Assembly (NCBI RefSeq): GCF_009914755.1 | Contig: NC_060925.1 | DNA from: the human T2T-CHM13v2.0 reference genome, Homo sapiens | Direction: 5' to 3' (one strand) | Length of the DNA stretch: 64,000 nucleotides | Part shown: one piece after another, positions 56,798 to 64,000 of the stretch | How positions within the stretch are numbered: the stretch's first letter is position 1 | Layout: every line of letters begins with the position of its first letter | The notes under the pieces: generated by a model | Seen by the model: the letters and a program-made list of their open reading frames with translations, nothing else | Told to the model about the DNA's origin: nothing | Databases searched by the model: none | Made by a program: the position numbers and the translations under genes

Positions 56798-56967
56798 AGA
56801 CATCAGGCCTAAAACCTCTCTTTACCTTTTGCCCCCCAGGGTCACGCCCTGGCCCAGCCACTCCTCCTAGGTGTGGGATGCCAGACATCAGGCCTAAAAC
56901 CTCTCTTTACCTTTTACCCCCCAGGGTCACGCCCTGGCCCAGCCACTCCTCCTAGGTATGGGATCCC
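56798..56967. repeat. 85-bp tandem duplication (2 copies) in VPS13D intron 1
   Basis: agacatcaggcctaaaacctctc...cctaggt(g/a)tgggat at 56798 and 56883; 3 mismatches. Confidence 0.95.
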
Positions 56968-59072
56968 GGCGCCGTTCCCTCCAGGTTTTACTTGGGTGGT
57001 GGGGTCTCTGTCCCCTGGAGGGGGCTGAGGGTTCCGAGAGCTGGGGGCGGGAGGGTTGTGGGAGCGTCGCCTTCCGGGCAGTGCCGTTCCTGTGGGGCCA
57101 CCGGTCGCACAGCCGTCCCCGCCCCGGTTTTGGAGCTCCCTGGCGCCGGCAGCGTTCAGCCCTGGCCGCCTCGGGGAGGGACGCCCAGGTCCGGTTGCCA
57201 GTCCTTCCTATTCCCGGTCTGGCCGCTCCTCAGGGGAGGGGCCTGGCTCAAGGTCATGCCCGGCTGTCTGCCCGCCCGTGGGCTCAGCACTGATCCCTAC
57301 TGTCACCCGCCCCACTGGGTAGGGGAGCCCAGGTGGGGGTTAGTGCCAGTGCCAGGCAGCTGCCTAGAAGTCCTGATGGACCGGAGTGTAAACACTTTGG
57401 GACTCTGGCCAGTCTGGCGGCCCTTGCTGACACTGAATTCCTTCAGGGAATCCTTGAAGTGGCCTCAAGCACGGTCTAGATGCTTAGCAGAGCAAATAAT
57501 GGGTGCTTTCTGGTTTGGGCCTCAATGTTACTGACCAGGTTGCCTCACAATGCTAATCACTCATGCTTTTAAAATCTGTGCTTTGCATTCTTTTCCGTTT
57601 AGGGCAAGTAGGGTAGGGCCTGAACTTGTTTACAAACTGACAGTTGTTTCCCTTGATTTGGAGATAATTGGTAATTGGCACTCAGAGTTGGCATTTAGGG
57701 CCGAAATTAGTGGCAATAACTACAAAAATAAAGAGTACTCTGACCTTGGCTTCTTGCTCAAATTTGTTTGGAGTCCCCATAGTAAGATTAGTCAGTTTCA
57801 CATTTGGTTTTCACAAATTTACTCCTTTCAAGTTATAATAGTGGCCGGGCACGGTGGCTCACGCCTGTAATCCCAGCACTTTGGGAGGCCAAAGTGGGCA
57901 AATCGCTTAAGGTCAGGATTTCAGACCAGCCTGGCCAACATGATGAAACCCTGTCTCTACCAAAAATACAAAACTTAGCCGGGGATGGTGGCAGGTGCCT
58001 GTAATCCCAGCTACTCAGGAGGCAGAGGTAGGAGAATCGCTTGAACCCAGGAGATGGCGGTTGCAGTGAGCCGAGATCCGAGATCCCGTCACTGCACTCC
58101 AGCCTGGGCGAGGGAGCAACACTCTGTCTCCAGAAAAAAAAGTTACAATAGAGAAATGTTTCTTTTATTCAGACTGTTGAGCATTTTTTTTAAAAAATTG
58201 TTCTTATAACATCTTCTTTAAACAAATGTAGCTAATAATTAGTTTTATGTAACTCTACCCTTAAAAAATATCTTTATATTCCATTTGCAGAAAAAAAAAT
58301 CTTTGGAAAGAAATTGGTCAAATATTTTACCAAATGCTGTTTTTTTCTTTTTGCTGTCACTGTTGACCAATAAAAGTTAATCTTCTCTGGAAGTACAAGA
58401 TATTGTTGACAAACAAAAGCCAGTTTTTCCAGGAGATTGAATTCATTCTTGTGGAGGCCTTGTGCTTCAGGTAGTTGTTGGATGGCAGCCTCTCAGTTGG
58501 GATAGGTGTATCTTCTGGCACTAAGATGAATCACTAGAGGTGGGGCAGCGTGCTTGGAGAGGATCCTGAAAGTAGGCTGGCTCCAGTGGGATGCGTGCCA
58601 TGGCAAGTCTGTAGTGCCTGGCAGGGTGGCTGATGACTGACATGGTGGATCAGAACAAGATTTGAGGCTCACAGTTTCCACTGGGATCTTCTAGTTGAGC
58701 AATCTCAGAACCCAGTTAAACTTTTGTGTCTCAGTTTCCCTCATGTTGACTTTTTGTAATACTAAAATTAGTCTTTTTTTTTTTTTTTTTTTTTTTTTGG
58801 TAATACTGGTAAACACCAGTTATTATAACAGGCAGTAGTACCTACAAAATCTAAATACCGTGGCTGGAGCCAGAGGATTTCTGGAGTTTGGGGTTTGTAA
58901 TAATCGACTAAGATTGTTCATTGTATCAGCGTCATCTGGTGCCCAGGTACCAGTAATGCAGTTCCAGGACATTTAAGAACAGTGATAAAGCACTGTCGCC
59001 TCTCTCCCATGTATATTATTTTATAAGTGATCCTCATGAACAAATTTGAGACATTTAATTTGGGCGGCCTAA

Positions 59073-59448
<376 letters not shown>

Positions 59449-59499
59449 TGAATTTCATTCAGACAATCTCTTACGGCATTTTCTGTCTTAATCTAGGAT

Positions 59500-59685
59500 A
59501 AGGTTTCTTAACATTGGCTCTGTTGACATTTGGGTTGGATAATTCTTTGCTGTGGGAGCTGTCTTGTGTGTTGTAGGTTTAGCAGCTTCCGTGGTCTTTA
59601 TTCACAAGATGCCAGTAGCAGCCCCTAAGTCATGATAAAAAATGCCTCCAGAGATTACTAAATTATGCCCATAGGAGAACCTCTG
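59500..59685. mobile_element. MER20 DNA transposon in VPS13D intron 1
   Basis: tgttgacatttgggttggataattctttgctgtgggagctgtcttgtg...agatgccagtagca. Confidence 0.7.
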
Positions 59686-59996
59686 ATCACAGCAGTCTAA
59701 TCCCAAGGTAAATCAACATAAGCAAGCAATGGACAGTTACACTGAAAAGATAGACAGCTTTGAATTGTAGGTAATTTTTGGTAAATTTAAGAGTGACTAT
59801 TCCCTGAAGCAGCATCAGAATGTAGGTGTTTTGGTTTGGCCCTCCAGTTACTGATGGGGACATCTTACAGAGCTTCTTGCCTCATCTTTTAAAACATCTG
59901 CAGCCGGGCGCAGTGGCTCATGCCTGTAATCCCAGCACTTTGGGTGGCTGAGGCGGGTGGATCACCTGAGGTCAGGAGTTTGGGACAGGCTGGTCA

Positions 59997-60239
<243 letters not shown>

Positions 60240-60326
60240 TCATCTACCTTCAGGCAGGTAGAGGAGGAAATTGGCTTAGAAAATCATCCTGTTTTTATGT
60301 TGATTTTCATTATTTTCCTTTCATAG

Positions 60327-60402
60327 ATTTTTCTGTGACCATGAAAGAGAGAAATAAAGAATGATCCATGATTTCTAAACACCTTTTCCTGAGGATATAG
60401 TC
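60327..60402 (+). other. VPS13D: VPS13D exon 2, 5' UTR part (76 nt), containing three uORFs
   Basis: Acceptor ttttcctttcatag|ATT. Confidence 0.9.
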
Positions 60403-60499
60403 ATGTTGGAAGGCCTTGTAGCCTGGGTTCTCAATACCTATTTGGGAAAATATGTCAATAACCTGAACACTGACCAGCTCTCAGTTGCACTTCTCAAAG
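60403..60499 (+). CDS. VPS13D: VPS13D first coding segment [32 protein letters not shown](G), Chorein_N domain of the bridge-like lipid transfer protein
   Basis: Canonical VPS13 N-terminus (MLEGLVA..LN.YLG.YV.NL); donor AAAG|gtgagt; too short to appear in the ORF track. Confidence 0.97.
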
Positions 60500-61565
60500 G
60501 TGAGTATTTCTCTGGGTGAGATACAGCTTTATAGGTGGCGTTTCTATTTTTGTATTTTTTTTGTTGTCCTGAGAATCATAAAACCTAATGCCCAGATGGC
60601 TTTGTACTAAATGTATGTAAAAAGGTCCCATATCATCCTGATGATTTTTCCAGAGTAACTTAAGTTTATAGCTATATTGTTGTAGATTTTAAGGAACTAT
60701 TAAATATTAAAAAACAAAAACAAAATAAGCTACACTACTGGTGACTGTGCTTAGTCCCAGTTAACTTTTAGCTTTATGAAGCTTTATGGAGGCAGCCACA
60801 ATGTACCGACAGTGGCATTGACTTTGGCTTCAAATACTGTTTTGTCACTTATTAGCTATGTGAACAATAGCTCATATTGAAATTCCAAGCCTCAGTTTCT
60901 TAGACAGAGATAATATACCTCCAGAGGGTTGCTTTAAGGATCAACTGGAATAACATTTAAAGCCCCTAGCCTGCTGGCATATAGTAAGCACTCAATAAAA
61001 GTTTTAAAATTGATTATTGTGAGGTGTTCAACAGAATTTCTGAGGTTTTGACTTGCTTAGTAGTAGAGTACCTGAAGCTTCAGACATTTTACCCTTTACA
61101 GGCCTAGACTTGGTAAATGCAGTCCCTGATTTGGCATGGGAATTCGAAAACTGCATTTTCTCCCTTTCCTTGTTTTAATTTAAATTCTCTTTGCTCAGCT
61201 CAAAATGGAGCTTTTTAACATACGTAGGGAAGAGAAGAAAGTCAGTTTGCCACGTGTGTAAAATCACAGGAAATGGGAAGGAGACTTCAAATACAGTGAA
61301 ACCTCACCTTTGTGGATGTGAGTTTTGGTAAGTGGACCAGAGCAGGTTAGAGAGAACAGTGACACAGCTGTTTGCGTAGTCTGAGAATAGAGTACCGGTG
61401 GTTCACATGTTCCATTAAATGTGTTGCTTTCCGGCCAGGCGCGGTGGCTCATGCCTGTAATCCCAGTACTTTGGGAAGCTAAGGCAGGCGGATCACGAGG
61501 TCAGGAGTTTGAGACCAGCCTGGCCAACATGGTGAAACCTGTCTCTACTAAAAATACAAAAATTA

Positions 61566-61871
<306 letters not shown>

Positions 61872-63187
61872 CTAAGTGGAAAGTGCGAGTGAGCAGTCTG
61901 TCAGGGAAGAGGATGCATTCAAAGTGCAATAGTAGTGTCAAGTTCACCTCTCTGGTCTCTTATTGAAGTTCTCAGACCCACTGTGAAGCTAACTACGTTG
62001 TATGACGTATAGATAACAGGGCCTAGAAAGAGAGCTGCAGACCACGACCCTGCTAATCAAAGAGCTGGTTCTGTCAGGAATCATGTGGCAAGAGCATTTG
62101 CCAAAGAAATGAGTAAATAGAAATGGATATCTGATGTGTTACAGAGTCGTACTAACATTTCTCAGCAGTTTTAGAATGTATCTTGTAACAACTGTGTTTA
62201 TCTGGTACTTTAAACTGCTTTTCTGCCCTTATTTCCTTTCTAAAAACATTATTCTTTATGGCTTTTAATGAACCTGTGGAACTTGAAGAATGCTTCTCCG
62301 CAGGGTAGAACAATGCTTTTTCTTTTGTAACTGGTGTTAGTATGGTACCCAATGCTTATGGATCCAAAGCACATCACAGAGCGTGGCCAGAACAATCTTG
62401 GGGGCATGGAATTGTACTGAGGGAATGGCTTCGTAAAGAAGTTGGTGCTGCTTGTTCGTCTCTGACACAGTTAAGCAGTGTTTGGGAATAGAGAGGGTAC
62501 TAGATAGGAATGAGAATGTTCTTTCTTTTTTTTTGAGACAGGGTTTCTTTCTGTCACCCAGGCTGGAGTGCAGTGGCGTGATTTCACCTCAATGCCACCT
62601 TGACCTTCTGTGCTCAAGCAGTCCTCCTGCCTCAGCCTCCCAAGCAGCTGGGACCACAGGCATGCACCACCACGCCCGGCTAATTTTTATATTTTTTTGG
62701 TAGAGATGGGGTTTTGCCATGTTGCTCAGGCAGCTCTTGAACTCCTGAGTTCAAGTGATCCTCCCACCTGGGCCTCCCAAAGTGCTGGGATTACAGGCAT
62801 GTTCCACTGCACCCGGCCGAGAATGTCATTTCAATCCATCTACTGATATTTACTGTTCTAGATGCTTTGGGAGATGCAAAGAGGACTGAAATAGTGGTCA
62901 AGGGTATTGATTTTTTTAGCTAAACTATGTGTTTGAATCCCAGTTCTTCCATTTACCAGTAACCTGGGTAGGTTATCAGTTTCTTCATGCTTCACTCTCC
63001 CTTTTTGTAAATTGGAGATAATATTAACTATCTCGTAAGGTTCTGAGGACTAAGAAATTAATGTGGGTCAGAGAGCTTAGAGCTGTTCTTGGCATATTGT
63101 AGGCTCTCAGTCAATGTTAGTTATCATCCATCCTCATGATCATCAGTGTATGATTGGATTGGCTGATGGAGTGGACTTCAAAGAGAT

Positions 63188-63294
63188 TGTGTGTGTGTGT
63201 ATATATATATCTGTGTATGTATATATATATGTGTGTATGTGTGTATATATATATATCTGTGTGTGTATATATATGTGTGTGTGTATATATATGT
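63188..63294. repeat. Mixed (TG)/(TA) dinucleotide repeat
   Basis: Read directly. Confidence 0.9.
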
Positions 63295-64000
63295 AGATTG
63301 CATCCACATATGAAAAGTAACAAAATGCAAAGTAACATGAGTGTTTAAGAATGGAGATAGCATTTAAAGACAAATAAAAAAAATACAAAGTAACATGGGA
63401 GGATCACCTGAAGCCAGGAGTTCAAGACTAGCCTGGGCAATATGGTGAGATCCCTTTTCTACAAAAAAAAAAAAAAAAATTAGCTGGGTATGGTGGCGCA
63501 TGCCTGTGGTCCCAGCTACTTGGGAGGCTGAGGTGGGAGGATCACTTGAGCTGGAGAGGTTGAGGTTGCATTGAGTTGTGTTCCCTCCACTGCACTCTGG
63601 CCTGGGCAACAGAGCAAGATGCTTTTCCCCCAAAAATTTTCACTTGTTCAGTCATTCAAAAACATTTATTGAGGTCGGGTGTGGTGCCTCACGCCTGTAA
63701 TCCTAGCACTTCGGGAGGCCAAGGCCAGAGGATCACCTGAGGCCAGAAGTTCAAGACTAGCCTGGGCAACATGGTGAGATCCCTTCTCTAAAAAAAAAAA
63801 TAAATAAATAAAATTAGCTGGGTGTTGTGGTGCACGCCTGTGGTTCCAGCTACTTGGGAGGCCCAGGTGGGAGGATCGCTTGAGCCCAGGAGGTCGAGGC
63901 TGCATTGAGCTATGTTCTTGTCACTGCACTGTAGCCTGGGCAACAGAGCAAGACCCTGTTTCAAAAACAAAAAAAGTTCATTGTTCAGTCATTTAAAAAC

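Larger units (their letters stand above)
55980..57290 (+). promoter_or_regulatory. VPS13D: VPS13D CpG-island promoter with CCAAT (55887-55891), inverted CCAAT (ATTGG 56145-56149), GC boxes and a YY1-like CGCCAT
   Basis: Very high GC and CpG content; motifs read directly. Confidence 0.9.

Noticed and set aside
55704-57534. Multiple 100-230 aa ORFs over the VPS13D promoter
   Set aside because: Expected stop-codon scarcity in a CpG island; Pro/Arg/Gly-rich with no homology

Overview
Human (or near-identical great-ape) genomic DNA matching the chr1p36.22 locus. The window begins inside intron 1 of TNFRSF1B (TNFR2) and contains coding exons 2-10, the 3' UTR and the poly(A) signal, all on the + strand. 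A ~21 kb repeat-rich intergenic stretch follows, then the CpG-island promoter, non-coding exon 1 and first coding exon of VPS13D (+). All TNFRSF1B junctions read as GT-AG and are phase-consistent: 1308 coding nt here plus a 78-nt exon 1 outside the window gives 461 aa. The haplotype appears non-reference (Arg196, Lys232, intron-4 (TG)16). The remainder is ~50 Alus, L1/L2/MIR, DNA transposons, a full-length THE1 element and solo LTRs. I cannot support a wholly new biological system. The most unusual items are: (1) a semi-processed SNORA70-intron-RPL10 retrocopy; (2) a G-rich 18-bp VNTR forming the 5' tail of the miR-4632 mirtron, whose hairpin covers the exon-4 acceptor; (3) three packed uORFs directly ahead of the VPS13D start codon; (4) a TAGCAG tandem acceptor at TNFR2 exon 10; (5) several local duplications, one of which doubles a PU.1/ETS site. 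Gene, variant and repeat-family names come from recalled sequences and were not checked by alignment. Repeat boundaries are approximate.
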